From Euglena gracilis (taxonomy: Eukaryota), in the NCBI GenBank assembly GCA_039621445.1, contig CP154954.1:18400642-18464641 (forward strand): DNA of 64,000 nt, written 5' to 3'. Within the stretch, counting starts at the first letter, position 1, and each line of letters starts with the position of its first letter. The notes below the pieces were generated by a model that saw only the letters and a list, made by a program, of their open reading frames with translations, was not told the DNA's origin and did no database searches. A program made the translations under genes and the position numbers. Shown one piece after another: positions 11,907-25,050 of the stretch.

Positions 11907-13665
11907 CAGGGTGTGACGTAGAGCTGAGCTCTTTGGGAGACCACCCCGGCCCGGCCCGAGAAAAACGCTCATTTTCCGCTCAAAAACAGTTTTTCTGGGT
12001 CAGGGAGGCCAAAAAACATCGTTTTGGGGCCAAAAAAAATTTTCGATTTTTTTCGACTTTTTTGACCGGTTTTGACCCAAAGTCATGGGTTGGTGGCCCA
12101 AAACGGGGCGCTGGCGTGTCGCAAAACGCTCATTTTCGGCTCAAAAACAGTTTTTCGGGGTCCCGGAGGCCAAAAAACATCGTTTCGGGCAAAAAAAATT
12201 TTTCGATTTTTTTCGACTTTTTTGACCTGATTTTGACCCAAAATCAATGGGTTGGTGGCCCAAAACGGGGCGCTGGCAGGTCGAAAAACGCTCATTTTTG
12301 GCTCGAAAACACTTTTTTCGGGTCCGGGAGGTCAAAAATCATGGTGTTGGGCAAAAAATTTTTTTTCGAATTTTTTCGACTTTTTGACCCAAAAATGGCC
12401 AAGTCCACCGGCCAGGGGGCGGGCCCCAGCTAGGGGGGGGGGGGGGCCTGTGGGGGGGGGCCGGGGCGGAAAATTTTTTTTCGCTCAAAAACACTTTTTT
12501 TGATGTTCTGAAGTGAAAAAAAGTGTTTTTGAGCGAAAAAAATTTTTTCAAAATTTTGGGTCCCAACCTGCCACCCGACCCCCCCTCGCCCAGCCACCCT
12601 GACAGCGCGCAGTGGGGTCCCCAAATACCCAAAACTGGCCCAAAATCGCACAATCAGGCCCAAGAACCCCAAAAAACGGTCAAAACCCCCCCCTAAACCT
12701 AATGATTGACCCCCTGGTTTGGGTTCCAACTCCTCGTCTAGCCCGAGATACGGCCAATTTACGGTTTCGGCCCCGAAATGGCCAGAACTGGCAAAACTGG
12801 CCCAAAACCCCCAAAACGGCCATATCTCGGGCTAGGCGAGGAGTTGTCCCAAACCGCGCATACCAATCGATAGGGCGTTCCAAGGTCGTCAAATGAGGTC
12901 GCCATCACTTTTCTTCAACTCCGCAGCGTTTTCGAGATATTTTGAATTTTTTGATTTTTGACCCCCCAGCCCGGCCGCCCTCGAACCCCTGCAGGGGTCC
13001 CCGAATACCCAAAACTGGCCCAAAATCGCACAACCAGACCCCGGGAACCCCAAAAAACGGTCAAAACCCCCCCCCTAAACCTAATGATTGACCCCCTGGT
13101 TTGGGCTCCAACTCCTCGTCTAGCCCGAGATATGGGCAAATTACGGTTTCGGGCCCCGAATGGGCCCGAAATGGCCAAAACTGGCCAAACTGGCCCAAAA
13201 CACCAAATTGGCCGTATCTCGGGCTAGGCGAGGAGTTGGCCCAAAGCGCGCATACCGATCGATCGGGCGTCCCAAGGTCGTCAAATAAGGTCGCCATCAC
13301 TTTTCCTCAACTCCGCAGCGTTTTCGAGATATTTTGAAATTTTCGATTTTTGGACCCCGAAAAAACCTGCAATTTCCCCGAAAAAAAAAACGGTACACAA
13401 CTTTTTTGCTCGGGCCCGATCTCCGAACTGGCGGGGAGTTACGGCTATTGTGGGGGTGCGTTGGCAACCTGGGACCGTCTCCTAACCTATAGGCCATTCA
13501 CTTTGGGGACCCGGAAATTTGATCATATCGATAATCCGCGGGACTCCCTGCCTACCCAGGGAGGGGGGGGGGCGGGGGGGGGGGCGGGGGGGTCAGGGGG
13601 GGTCCCAAACCGGGGTGGTAAGCTTCGCTCTTACTCTAAAGAGATAAGAGCTCAGCGACCCCCCT
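11907..13665 (-). mobile_element. unclassified hairpin-ended non-autonomous element (family A), copy 1
   Basis: GCTGAGCTCTT near 11923; hairpin GCTTCGCTCTTA-N11-TAAGAGCTCAGC near 13622-13657; internal 163-bp tandem units (11960-12400) and an approximately 350-bp direct repeat (12612-12960 and 12995-13355). Homologous to 36590-41973 and 57602-60313. Confidence 0.75.
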
Positions 13666-14164
13666 GTGTCAACGGCACTTTCCTGGTGGGAAGGTCCCAA
13701 TGAGGACAGGTCAGCGAGTGCACGGGCGACAGTTTCCTGGGAGGACATTCCCCCCAGGGGGATGCCTGTGTTTTATATTTTTATGCAGAATAGAACGGCA
13801 TGTGCAAATAATTGCACATAATCCCACACCATTTCTGACCCCCCCCCGGGGGGAGCACTTTCCACTTTCAAAAATCATTCAGTCACTTTTCGAAAACCAG
13901 TCATTCACTTCCTCCCCCCCCCCCGTAGGGTGTGGTCAGTCTGGCCACTCGGCAAAATGGCTCAAAATCAATAGATTTTGCCCAAAACACCCAAAAAAAA
14001 TTTGCCGCTTTTGGCGCCGGGCGGCCACCTTCGGCTAACATGCCAACCCCCCCCAGAGGTTCAGAGCAAGAACCCCACCAGTACTCCGAAGAAGAAAAAA
14101 CCAGACAGTCACCCCCCGCCTGGGTGGAGTCGGACACACCTTAAGCATTGGGGATGGTCTGGAT

Positions 14165-14574
14165 CATACAATTGCTTACCGACCCCCGGGGGGGGGGGGG
14201 GGGGGGGGGCACTCCACTTTTTTTAAAAAAAAGGCAGTCACTCATTTTCCAAGAAAACGCATCCAGTCAAAAAACCCCCGGGCCCCAGCATAATTTTATT
14301 ACTCGGGGGGGGGGGGGGGTCTGGGTTGTTTTTGTTTTTTCTTGCCACTCAGAAAAATGGCCACTTTCCAGTCACTTTAGGCCATTTTAGGCCCAAAGAA
14401 TTTTTCCGGCGCCTTCGGCGCCGGGGTCACTCAAGCCACTTTTGCCCACTCCTGGCCAACCCCCCCGGGGGGGGAGGGGTCCGGGCCAAAAACCAGTCAG
14501 TCACTCTGAAAAAACCAGTCACCCACCCCCCCGGGGGGGGGGGGGGGGTTGGTCAGTGCTTAAGCAATTGCCTG
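14165..14574. mobile_element. hAT-like MITE
   Basis: TIR CATACAATTGCTTA / TAAGCAATTGCCTG; perfect 8-bp TSD GTCTGGAT (14157-14164, 14575-14582). Confidence 0.85.
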
Positions 14575-15322
14575 GTCTGGATTCTTGGAGTGCCTCTCCG
14601 GGGCATGCCATCATCCAATTCCACCGAGTTGAGAGTGAGCAACGTTAACAAAAAGAAAACTTTCTACTTTGTGAACGTATGAAAATGCTTGGGACGAAGC
14701 GTGCCGGACTCTTGGCTGGCGCGGGTGACACCCAAGCCACGCTGCCCAAGTCACCCATATCACCCATGTGGCGACAGATTGCAGAAATGGCAGGCCATGA
14801 GCACTTCCATCACCTGGGTGTGTGATGGACAGATGGGAAAGGGGGAGCGGAACATGTGACAGAATGCATAAAGAAGTCGCTGAGGCTCCTTTGAACAGAA
14901 AGTGATGGAAAGGAAATGATGGAAACTCGACCTCATTTGGGTGAGAAATTAGAAAAGGGGTATCCGGGTATCGAGGTACAACATGGCCCATTGAAGATTA
15001 AAGCTTCCTCTGTTGGCATCAGACCATAACTTGCCCCCCAGGGCTTGCAGGCCTTTCCAACAACACAGAAAAAGTGATTTCTGCAGCCTTGGACCATCGC
15101 CCATCCACCCAAAACGTCAAAAATGCGTTCTTCGACTTTTGATTTTTGCCCCGTTCGAGCCTCAGGCTGGCCGTTGGCCAGCCCCTCAGCCCAAGGACTG
15201 TCCGCAAGGGACGGTCCTCAATGGAAAAAAGGAGGACGTCTGAGGGCGGCCCTGGGTCAGTGGGCTCCCCTCTGGCGAAAGAAACGCCCCGGCCAGAACT
15301 CTGAGGAAAGTGGCGTCTCCGC

Positions 15323-15512
15323 CAGGCTTTTGCTTAAGGACCCGGGGGGGGGGGGGGTACTGGCTAGCCAATCGGCTAGACACTGGAAAAAGTGGACTAG
15401 CTAGACCCCCCCGGGGGGGGTCTGCTAGAAAACCCACTAGCCAAATTTGGACTAGCCGCAGTCCAGCCCCCCCCCGCGGGGGGGGTACTGCAATCCCTTA
15501 AGCAAAAGCCTG
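15323..15512. mobile_element. hAT-like MITE
   Basis: Perfect 17-bp TIR CAGGCTTTTGCTTAAGG / CCTTAAGCAAAAGCCTG; perfect 8-bp TSD GTCTCCGC (15315-15322, 15513-15520). Confidence 0.92.
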
Positions 15513-16004
15513 GTCTCCGCCAAGTTTCTTCCTCAGTGTTTCATTCCACTTCACAGCTTCATCGTCACCACTCAAAAAAAAAAAAACGACGCACCGGGAA
15601 GTGCGTTAATCGGAGGCGGTCAACGGCTCAGAAGCCTCACCCAGGACATGGAAAGCAAAGGCCAGGTGGAAAGTCAGGTTAGAAGTGGGGCTTGGACATT
15701 GAATGGTGAAACAATGCAGGCAGAGGTGGGCCAGGCACCTTCCAGGCATTTGAACTAATGAACAAAGCCAATGCATCTGATTGCTCCCCCCCAGCAGGAA
15801 AAGTCATCCGGTAAAAGGCATTAGATCTGCCATAATGACAAAGCAGCCAATAAAGGCAGCAATGTCGGGGTCGGGGTCGGTGGCAACACGTTTGGCGACA
15901 TACCCTGGGTTATCAACCTCTCACCTCTTAGAAAATGCGGGTGAGGAGACTGAAGACTGAAGAAGGCGGAGAGTTAATTGGATGTACAAAAAAAAGAGAA
16001 TATA

Positions 16005-16046
16005 TATACATATATATATATATCTCTCTCTCTCTCTCTCTCTCTC
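16005..16046. repeat. compound (TA)n(TC)n microsatellite
   Basis: Read directly from the sequence. Confidence 0.9.
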
Positions 16047-16454
16047 AAGTGAAAAAAAAATGTTTCTGCACATAAAATTCTCAACCAAAAAAAAATGATC
16101 CGAACCCCAAAGAACATCCTTCAGTAAACCCTCCCCCAAAATCATACCCCCCCCCTCGGGGTCCGACTTCGGCCACCGAGTTAATACCCCCCCCCCCCAA
16201 TCTCGGGCTGACGACCCGGATTTTGACCTGAAAATGTGGGGGAAAATAACAATCTCTGACAACAAATTACGAAAAAATTGATCATCTGGCCTCCAAAAAG
16301 AACAGAAAGGACAAAAAAACGACCCCAGGGTTTGGGTGCTATTTTGGGTCCCACGGGACTTCGAAAAATTTCGAAAATTCTGGGGTGCTGTTACCCCCCC
16401 AAATAACACCCTCGGGCCGGGACTTTGGGCGAAAAAATAATACCCCGGGGGGGT

Positions 16455-16811
16455 ATTACCTACCCCCCCCCCCCGGGGAAACTGTCATGCCTGAGAACCT
16501 GTCAGGGTCCCGCCCGGGAAACTGTCAGGGTCCCCGGTACCGGCCAACCTGTCAGTATAGGGTCCCCGGTACCGGCCAACCTGTCAGTATAGGAAGTTGT
16601 CAGGGTCCCCGGTACCGGCCAACCTGTCAGGGTCATTTTTTATTGACTTTCCCTTGAAATGTCCTACCCGGGAAACTGTCAGGGTCCCGCCCGGGAAACT
16701 GTCAGGGTCCCTGGTACCGGCCAACCTGTCATGATAGGAAGTTGTCAGGGTCCCGGGTACTGGCCAACCTGTCAGGTAACAGTTTCCCGGGGGGGGGGGG
16801 GGGTAGGTATT
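16455..16811. repeat. MITE-like element with internal tandem CTGTCAGGGTCCCCGGTACCGGCCAAC units
   Basis: Inverted ends TACCTACCCCC..GGGAAACTG / CAGTTTCCCGGG..GTAGGTA with repeated internal units. Confidence 0.6.
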
Positions 16812-17507
16812 TGGGGGGGGGGTTAAAGCAGTTCTTTCATAAATGGCCAACAAAAAAAGTTCTGCCATTTGCGACTAAACTTTCCCACCACCGGCAACAC
16901 ACAATGCAGCATACAGAAAAAACCTAAATAAGACCTCCCCTCAGATCTGCACCAGCATATCCCAAAATTTTGACCCCTTGAATGTGCATTTATTGCAAAA
17001 TGAGCGTCTTTTCCTGAAACCAGCACTTACAGAACAAAAACTAAGGTGCAAGCTCAGCAACATAATGTGGGTTTCATGAAACTCAATCCCCCCTCCAACC
17101 AAATATGAACCTCCCCTTAAAACTTTTGATCCCCCTACATCCCCATCACCAAAGAGACAACACCAGAACTGTGGTGTCCACCATTCGTCCAACACAGGGT
17201 GCTCGCTGCCAAAATAGGGTTTGGGGAAGGTTTAGGGCGAGCTTAAGGTGATGGTTAAATTAGGGTTCACCCATGGAACCAGACATGAATAGGAAGGGGG
17301 CTTAGAGCACGCCCACGCCCCATTCCCTCGGGGGTTGCGAGCCCATCTCTGGGAAGGCGGCAACGTCAGCGCATTCGGGTTTACCATCGTTCGGCCCACG
17401 GCCTGCTGTTTCCGCAGCAGGGACAGGTCTTTGGCGGACCACAGGCCCCCGGCCGCCTCCTCCCGCTGCTTCCGGAGCCGCTCGGCCGCAGGAGCTGGTG
17501 TTGGGGA

Positions 17508-17818
17508 CAGGCATTTTTTTAAAACAGACCGGGGGAGGGGTCCCCCCCCCACCCCCCCCCTGCCGGGCGGACCTAAAAGGGGGCGGGGCCCCCCCCCGGG
17601 GGGGGCCCGCCCCACTTTTAGGGGGGGGGGGGGTCGAGAGGCGCGACAAAGAAAATGCATGCAATCGGCGCCTTTGGCGCTGGTCAAAAAAAAAAATCCG
17701 GCGCCTTCGGTGCCGGGCACCCACCAGCCAAAAAAAGGTACCCGCCGGTGGGTGGGTCCGGCCAGACCCACCCACCCTACCCCCCCCCCCGGGTCCAAGA
17801 CTAAAAAAAAAACCCCTG
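17508..17818. mobile_element. hAT-like MITE (related copy at about 27723-27923)
   Basis: Ends CAGGCATTTTTTT / AAAAAAACCCCTG; flanks TTGGGGA / CTGGGGA (7 bp, 1 mismatch). Confidence 0.6.
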
Positions 17819-18374
17819 CTGGGGACGCTTTTCCCATCGGGTGGCCACACATGTCGAACTGGGGGGGGGGGCAGGGTTGCTCCGTCCAGATGGAAATGCA
17901 ACGCTCCCCAAAGCTGTTCTGTTGGGGCTCTGGAGAACATGAGGTGGGAGCCAGCTTCTTTGTCCCAAGGGGTGCTTTGCGTATGGGTGCCCCCCACAGC
18001 AACCATATCCCCCGGGGGTCAATTTTGGGGGCGATTGGCAGGGCTGTATGGGAAGGTCTGGTGGGGGGGGGGGGTCCCCACCCGGGAGGTCCAGGGGGTC
18101 GACCTCCCCCTCCCACCATTGGCACCGGCGCAAAGAAAATTCCTTCGGCCGCCCGAAGGATAATTTGACCTGAAAAAGGGAAGGCCTGGTGGGTGACGTG
18201 GGACCCCCCCTCCCGGGGGGGATAGCTGGTGGCTTTTTCCCCAGCCAGTGGAAAGTTCAGTGCAGTGGAACACCCCAGGGGCAGAATGGGAAGGACTGGT
18301 TGGGGGGGGGTCGCCCCCCCACATGGGAGGAGGGGGTGGGGTCGACCCCCCCCCCCACCCACACAGCATTGTCA

Positions 18375-18800
18375 CCAATTTTGGGAAAACGGATGTTGGC
18401 CGGGGAAGTTTTTTGAATTTTTTTTAAAAAATTGAACTCAAATGAATGATTTTTTGATGGAAAAACACATTTTTTTCACAAAAAAAAATCTCAAAATTTT
18501 CAGGTTTATAAATTGGTAGTTTTTAGGAGGAGGGTGAAAAAACAAAGGTCAAAAAATGGACCAAATTTTGGCACAGTCAAATTTTACTGACATTTTCTTT
18601 CTTTGAATTTTTTTGCATTTTCAATGGCACTGTTTGCTTCAAAAACTCTCAAAAGCAAAATTTTGAGAAAATGCTCAAATTTGGAAGGTGTGAAAAAAAT
18701 GGGGTTTGGGGGTTTTTTGGGGGGACCTCCTATATGGGTCCCGAAATGGCTCAAAAAAACACCCGGCGTTGAAGGAAAAAAATTTTCGGGTCCAAAAATT
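18375..18800. repeat. dispersed AT-rich repeat of about 400 bp (family C; further copies at about 22275-22620 and 23680-24060)
   Basis: Shared blocks GATTTTTTGATGGAA and ACCTCC(T/C)ATATGGGTCCC occur in all three copies. Confidence 0.75.
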
Positions 18801-19112
18801 GGTCCCTCCGGAAATACGGGAAGAGGTGGGGGTCGACCCCCCCACCCACCACCCTGGCTGTTTGGCCGCTTCCCGTTCTGCCCTGCCCCGGGGGTCTTTA
18901 AGCGAAGGCCACTTTAAGCCCCACTTCAGCCCCGCGTCTATGCCAAACGTCAGGCCTAGAATCCTAGCCATAAGGGTGTGTTATTGATACATGGAAAACT
19001 AAAGGAAAACAGGGGGGTTTGCTACCCCCGAGGGGGGGGGGTGTTATTGGAGGGGGGGGGGGTTACGTGATTCTACGTGATTTTGGAATACGCCTTCACT
19101 CCAAAAAAAAAC

Positions 19113-19328
19113 CAGCGGCTCCTGTGCGCCCTGCCGGCGGATGAAAACCCGGCGGCCCGTCTTTTCCGGCCGGGCCTCCCCCGGCCGCACCGCCTGGGGG
19201 GGCGGGGCGGGCGGGGCCGCCTTCACCGGCGACACCGTGACGGCGTGCTGCTCCGCCACCTCCCGAACCACCTCCGGCCGCAGGCGCAAGGACGGCCACA
19301 GCGGCCCATGGACGGATGGGCGCTCAAA
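19113..19328 (-). CDS. candidate host-gene exon (unknown protein)
   Basis: GC-rich island with acceptor ttctccgggcag|; 72 open codons FERPSVHGPLWPSLRLRPEVVREVAEQHAV...; weak GT donor. Confidence 0.45.
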
Positions 19329-20076
19329 CTGCCCGGAGAACATAACTGATTAAGGCGATCTTATGGCCGCCCCCATCGAGAAGCAGCTGACCTCCCCCTC
19401 CCGGGGGCGCTTGGCTGGGCCACGAGTCAAGGTAAGGCCAGGCCAGGTGGCCAACCAACTTTCAGCGGGCCATGCACAAAGTGGTCAAGGTAAGCCGAAT
19501 AATAGGGTCAAGGCTGAAAGTTAAGGCTGAAGGCCAACTGTAGGGGGGCCAAGTTTGCATGTGACGGGGAAGGACAAGGACCTGCAGTCGACGATGGAGG
19601 GGGTCACCCGGGGGAGCAGCAACGCCCACACAACTCCACCACAGTACAGTGATTTTCTGTTGCCCAAGAAGGGGCAGCCAATCCTTCTCTTTGACGCTCA
19701 TCACATTGACAGCGCAACAGAATTTGTTCCCGATCCAGACTACTGCTGGTCCAGAAAGCGTTTTCAAATGGGGATGAAGACTGGTTTTCGCCCAAGGCCA
19801 GAATTTTCCCGCCCGGATCAACCAGAAAGTGTGCTTGCTGGCACTTTCCTAACTTTTTTTCTGGGGAACAATATGATAAACTGGTGCAAAACACCAAAAG
19901 AAAATTTGGATTATTTAGAAAATTTAGATTTATGCCAGAGAGTCCATGGTCCTGGCAGGTGAGGTTGGTGTGGTTTCAGATACAAATAATTCAAGCCACC
20001 AAAGACCAGCAAGCAAAGAAAAATTGCTGTGGCATTTGGTTCATTACCAACACTGCCGAACCCTTCCCCCACTCAC

Positions 20077-20296
20077 CAACAGAAGATCCACTGACAGGCG
20101 TTGGTGGGCAGCCAAAGGCGGCTGGCTGTGCCGCGCTTCGGCGGGCTCATGTCCCGGGCCCGCGCCTCCGCCGCCGCCTCCGCCACCGCCTGCCGCAGCG
20201 CGGCGTGGACGAGCTGGGCAGTGGCCCGCTCCAGCGCGGCCGCGCGGTGCGCCGCGGCGACCCGGTGGGCGGCGCACGGGGCCAGAGCCGGCCGGA
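20077..20296 (-). CDS. candidate host-gene exon (Ala/Arg-rich, helical)
   Basis: Canonical acceptor ccgtgcag| and donor |GTGAGT; reads RPALAPCAAHRVAAAHRAAALERATAQLVHAALRQAVAEAAAEARARD. Confidence 0.55.
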
Positions 20297-22094
20297 CTGC
20301 ACGGTGGGTGCCCCAGCGCTCCCCCCCCCTGTGTGCACTGTGGCTGTTTTTTGGTGCCTTTTATCCCTTCTTCTGGCCTGGTGCTGTTGTTCGCCTCTGG
20401 CCCTTTTGTCTGTGCGCTCCCCCCCCCCGGAACACGTTGAAACCTCTCTAGAGAAGGCCTTTCAACCCTGGAATGCCTTCCCCCCCACCCGACCCCCGTA
20501 ACACCCACACCCCCCTCCAAAAAAAGGGCACGCCCAAAACATTATTTTTGGCCATTTTTTGAACACAACAAAATTTTTGGCTGGACCCCCCAAAAGGGGG
20601 CTGGCTGGCAGGGCTGGCAGCACCCCCCAGGGGGGGGGGGCTGCCAACAGATATGGGTGCGTAATTCAGCCGTGTTTCCAAGATTCCCATAGCCCTGCTT
20701 ATCCCCCCTCTCCCTAGGCAGCAAAAAAAAAAACCCGAGGGTTCAAAAAACAACAAGCACGCTGTAAGGAAAAAATTGTTTACCTTTTTGAGTTGGTGGA
20801 AAATCCAAAGGTGGTCGTAAGAAATGGGGGGGTCATTTTCAAAAAATTTCATTGGTCGTACTAAATGGGGGGGGGGGGGGTAAATCAAAAAGTCGAAAAG
20901 GTTCAGTCAGTCACGCACTGCTGCTACCACTGGCTTGACAGAAGTGAGAAACAACCCAAACATCCAGAAAAACGTCACAGCTCTGTCTGCATCCAACAAC
21001 TTAGCCTCGGCAACGTCCCCATGGGTCCCTCCATCGATGGTCACTGTCATCATCATGATTATTTCATTCCTCATCCTGTTTAGCGTTCTCATCAGGGACG
21101 CGATAAGGGACTCTCCAAAATGCGACATGAAAAAAATGCAAAAAAAATCAGAAATACATGGAAATAGTGCAAGAGAAAAAAGCACAAGTTCAATTAAATC
21201 CATTTTCGGTACCTGGGTGATCGAATATCCGAACAACAGCATTTGCACTTTTTGAACTTCCTGGTCCCAAAAAGAACACAAAAATGTCAAAACAAAACAA
21301 AACATTAATCACAAAATAAAATAAATCTGAAAAACAATTTTCGGATCAAGCTATTGCCAGCAGTGAGCAAAAAAAGTCACCACCAAAACACAAATGCACA
21401 CAGAAATTGAAAAATCTGATTCCTTGACCCCCAAAATGGTCCCAAAAAACGCAAAGTCAAACCATCCCAAGTGTGCAGCACTTGGAGGCAAGCCACTGTA
21501 AAATGGCCACAACTCGGGCCATTTCTGTTGCCCGAAAAGGCGCACAGGCCAAAAAACACCAAGGTTGGGTCTGTTCCCTGAGTCTCAACAGTGGAAAATG
21601 ACGAGGTCCCAAAATAGAGGGTCGCTGCAGGAACACAGGGTCAAAGGGGTTTTGTTTCAAACATGGCGTCGCATGGCAACCCCCCAGGGGAGGTCCAGCT
21701 TCGAGGTTGGAAATTTGGGCTGGCGGGAAAAGGCTGCCTCCGCCAAAGGGGTCCCCCTTACTGGAACTGGGTCTGACCGGGGGTCGAACCGGGTGCCAAA
21801 AAAATCGAAACTGCAAAAATGTCAACAAAAGCAGCCAATTACGCAAAAAAAAACAACAAAAAACAGCCAATTAACCATCCAAAAAATCGGGGTTTTTTAA
21901 CCCTTTGTCAAAAAATGGTTGGCTCGACCCCCCCAGGGGATGGGGTGCCCTTCGGCTTAAGTGACGCCCTAATTCTGTTTTTTTTTTTGAAAAATCTTCA
22001 GACAAAGGAACATGAAATGCTCCTTTTTGAAACTTTGAGGAGGAAGAGTAAAACCCTCCGCAAGCAAAGAAATTTAGAGGCTGAATAGTAGAGA

Positions 22095-22245
22095 CCTGGT
22101 TGCTGCCTCTTGAAAGGGGTACACAACAGCCTGAAGAAACCCATGACCGAGCATCTGCTTCAGCATTGCGGACCGTTCCGACGCAAACCTTTGCATCAGC
22201 AACAGGCCAATTTCGGCGAAATCCCAGCCTCTTGCAGGAGGGTCC
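22095..22245 (-). CDS. candidate host-gene exon
   Basis: Non-repetitive island reading GWDFAEIGLLLMQRFASERSAMLKQMLGHGFLQAVVYPF; boundaries approximate. Confidence 0.35.
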
Positions 22246-24479
22246 CTAACTAAAAAAAAAATTCTGTCCCAACACACAATTTTGGGAAAACGGGGATTTT
22301 GGCCGGGGAAAATTCTTGAAAATTATTTTGAAAAATGATCCCAAAATACATGATTTTTTGATGGAAAACCACATTTTCCCCCAAAAAATATCCAAAAATT
22401 AAGGGTTGAAAATTGTTAGTTCTTAGGAGGGGGGTCAAAAAATCAGATCAAAAAAATGGGACCAAATTTTGGAACATTCAAATTTACTTAGATTTTTTCT
22501 CTTTGGAAATCTGATGGATTTTCAATAGCATTTTTGGGGGGGGTTTGTGGGACCTCCTATATGGGTCCCAAAATGGGTCTAAAATACACCCATTGCCGAA
22601 GACGCTGGGGAAAATTTTTGGAACTTCACCGGTTCACCGGCCAAGGGTCGCCCCTCCTGAGGATGAGCAGATTCAACTATTTATGTTGGGATTCCTAGGG
22701 ACAAAATACAAAAACTGTTGTTTTTTTGTTGCAAATTTTGGTTGAAGTTGGAGTTGAGGATTTCGAAATTCGTGGTGCCGCAAAGGAGCACAAGCGCCTG
22801 AAGAAGATTGGGCCTTGCCCCAAGCATTGTGGCCAAATGTCACACAAGCCAAAGGCTTCAAAGAGCAAGAAGGGTTTTCTTATTTGCAAGATATTCCCAG
22901 TGCAGTTTTTCACCGGCCCGTGTGCAGGTGGGTGGGGGGGTCGACCCCCCCCCCACCACCACCCTCTTCCCGTTGTTTTGGTGGCACCAATTTTTTGGAC
23001 CACCGGGAACTTCACCGTTTTGATGGTTAGAGGTGAAATTGCACAAAATTCACAAAATTGCACAAAATTGCACATACCAGAAAAGAGATACCAGAAACCA
23101 GAAAAGCTGCATATTCTGCCAATTTACCTGGTCGGTTCGCCCAAAAAGTTGCAACACAATCAGCCGTGGCAATATGCGATGGCAATGCTTACGCCATTCA
23201 TCCTGAATTTGTTCATCATCCAGCGGCCATGTGCAATTAATTGCACAAAATTGCAAAAAAAATTGCCTTTCAGGAAAATCGAAAATTGCACAAAATTGCA
23301 AAAATTGCACGGCGCAACTTTCTCCCCCCCCCCGTGCTCTTTTTCCTCTCAAAATGATCATTTTGAGGTTGATGGGTCATTTTCAAAAATTGGGCAATTG
23401 GTTGTTTATCTCAAGCTTTAAATCATCAACCCACACATTTTTTTCTCGTTTACAACCCAGGTGTGTTGTAAATTGACATAAACCTTCCAAACGTGCCTTC
23501 GAGGAAATTTTACAAGAGAGGATCGTCCAATCGATGCTTTTTGTGAGTTCAACTTTTTGAATTTTGGACATTGAAATACCCTCACCCCCCCTCAAAGGGC
23601 AACCCCCCCCAAAGTGGCCAAAAGATTTTTGGCAAACTTCAATTTCAACAAAATTTCAAAATTTCAAGAAAAAACCAAATTCGGGAAAAAGGGGATTTGG
23701 GCCGAAAAAAATTTTGAAATATTTTTTGAAAAGTGAATGATTTTTTGATGGAATCCCACATTTTTTTCACAAAAAATCTCAAAGATTTCAGGGTTAAATT
23801 TGGTAATTTTTTGGAGGGGGGTGGAAAATAACGAAGGTCGAAAAAAAAGTGTACCATTTTTTCTCTTGGAAATTTTCAATGGCTTTTTTTGCTTCAAAAA
23901 ACTCTCAAAATTAAATTTTTGAGAAAATGTTGAACTTTTGAAAGGTGTGAAAAAAATGGGATTTTGAGGGGTTTTTAGTTTTACCTCCCATATGGGTCCC
24001 AAAATGGGTCAAAAAAAGCCGGCGTTGAAGGCGCCGGAAAAAAATTTTCGGGTCCAATTTTTCGGGTTTTTGTGTATTGGGGGGGGGCGGTCTTTAAGGG
24101 GGCGGTCCTTAAATAAAAATATATACACATATATATCCCGTCCCTTACGGACCACCCTGGCAAGAGGAATTCCACCTGAGGGGGGGGGGGGATAAGCGCA
24201 AAAATCTCCCCAAAATAAGCGGCAAAATAAGTGAGAATAAACTCCAAAAAAGCAGAAAAATCAGTGGAAATAAGTGATTTTGCCGCCTGAAGTGAATGGC
24301 ATGAAGGTGCCCAAATCAGAGGGAAGAAATACAAACGTCATATATGAACCAAAAAAGCCGAAGAAACACAAGAAAATGCACAGAATTGAAAAATGGCCCA
24401 TTATGGGGGAAAATGAACAGAATTTGCAGGAAATGGGTCTTTTCCGGGCTTCCGGTGCCATTGGCACTGAGTCAGCTGG

Positions 24480-25050
24480 GCCTTGTGTCCTTCCCCACAC
24501 ACCCCGGGGAGTCAGACTAGGGGGGGGGGGCATCCTTGTATTCAGCCTGGTTTGCAACTGGCGCTTTGCAGCCTCCTCCGCCTTGAGCCGGTTTGCCAGC
24601 AAGCGGGACTGCTGCTGCCGCTGGGCAGTGAACACCTCCACCGCCCCCACCATGTCACTGATGGGGCGTGGCCCTTTGTGTGCCTGGCAACTCAAGACAG
24701 CAGGGTTTAGTCTATAATGCAGTTGACCTTTTGGGAAGGGAGAATACTTCACCTGCAATCTGGCAAAGGTACACGTGTGAACGCCACGCTGTTAAACGTC
24801 GGTTCTGGTTGCCGAATCGCTGATGGCCGGGTGGTTTGTGCCTTGAACGCCTGCAGCTCGGAGTGGCGCGCCTTAGCCATGGCCAGCCGCTCCTCCGCCA
24901 TTATCTGGCGCCGGGCTGCGGCCTCTTCAGCATTCAAGTCACCAGCAGGCTTCGCCACAAACGACGCGGGCAGATTCATGTCAAATTGGCACTGGACGCA
25001 CCTGTCTGCGCGCACCTTGGTGTGCGGGTACGTGTTGACACAGCTGCTGC
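24480..25050 (-). CDS. two candidate exons encoding coiled-coil-like segments, separated by a short GT-AG intron
   Basis: DLNAEEAAARRQIMAEERLAMAKARHSELQAFK (about 24773-25050), then acceptor ttgccag| (exon starts at 24683) and AHKGPRPISDMVGAVEVFTAQRQQQSRLLANRLKAEEAAKRQLQ. Confidence 0.55.

Larger units (their letters stand above)
14050..17500 (-). pseudogene. possible very degraded DIRS remnant fragmented by MITEs
   Basis: GGLWSAKDLSLLRKQQ (about 17400-17460) resembles the gag C-terminus NGLFSKEDLRVERTQQ. RLITQGMSP (about 15890-15920) resembles the RT start. DSTQAG (about 14115-14135) resembles YR HSxRGAG. Weak motifs only. Confidence 0.3.

Noticed and set aside
17232-18362. 376-aa and overlapping G/P-rich ORFs
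   Set aside because: They read through MITEs and poly-G/C tracts; only a short segment looks protein-like.
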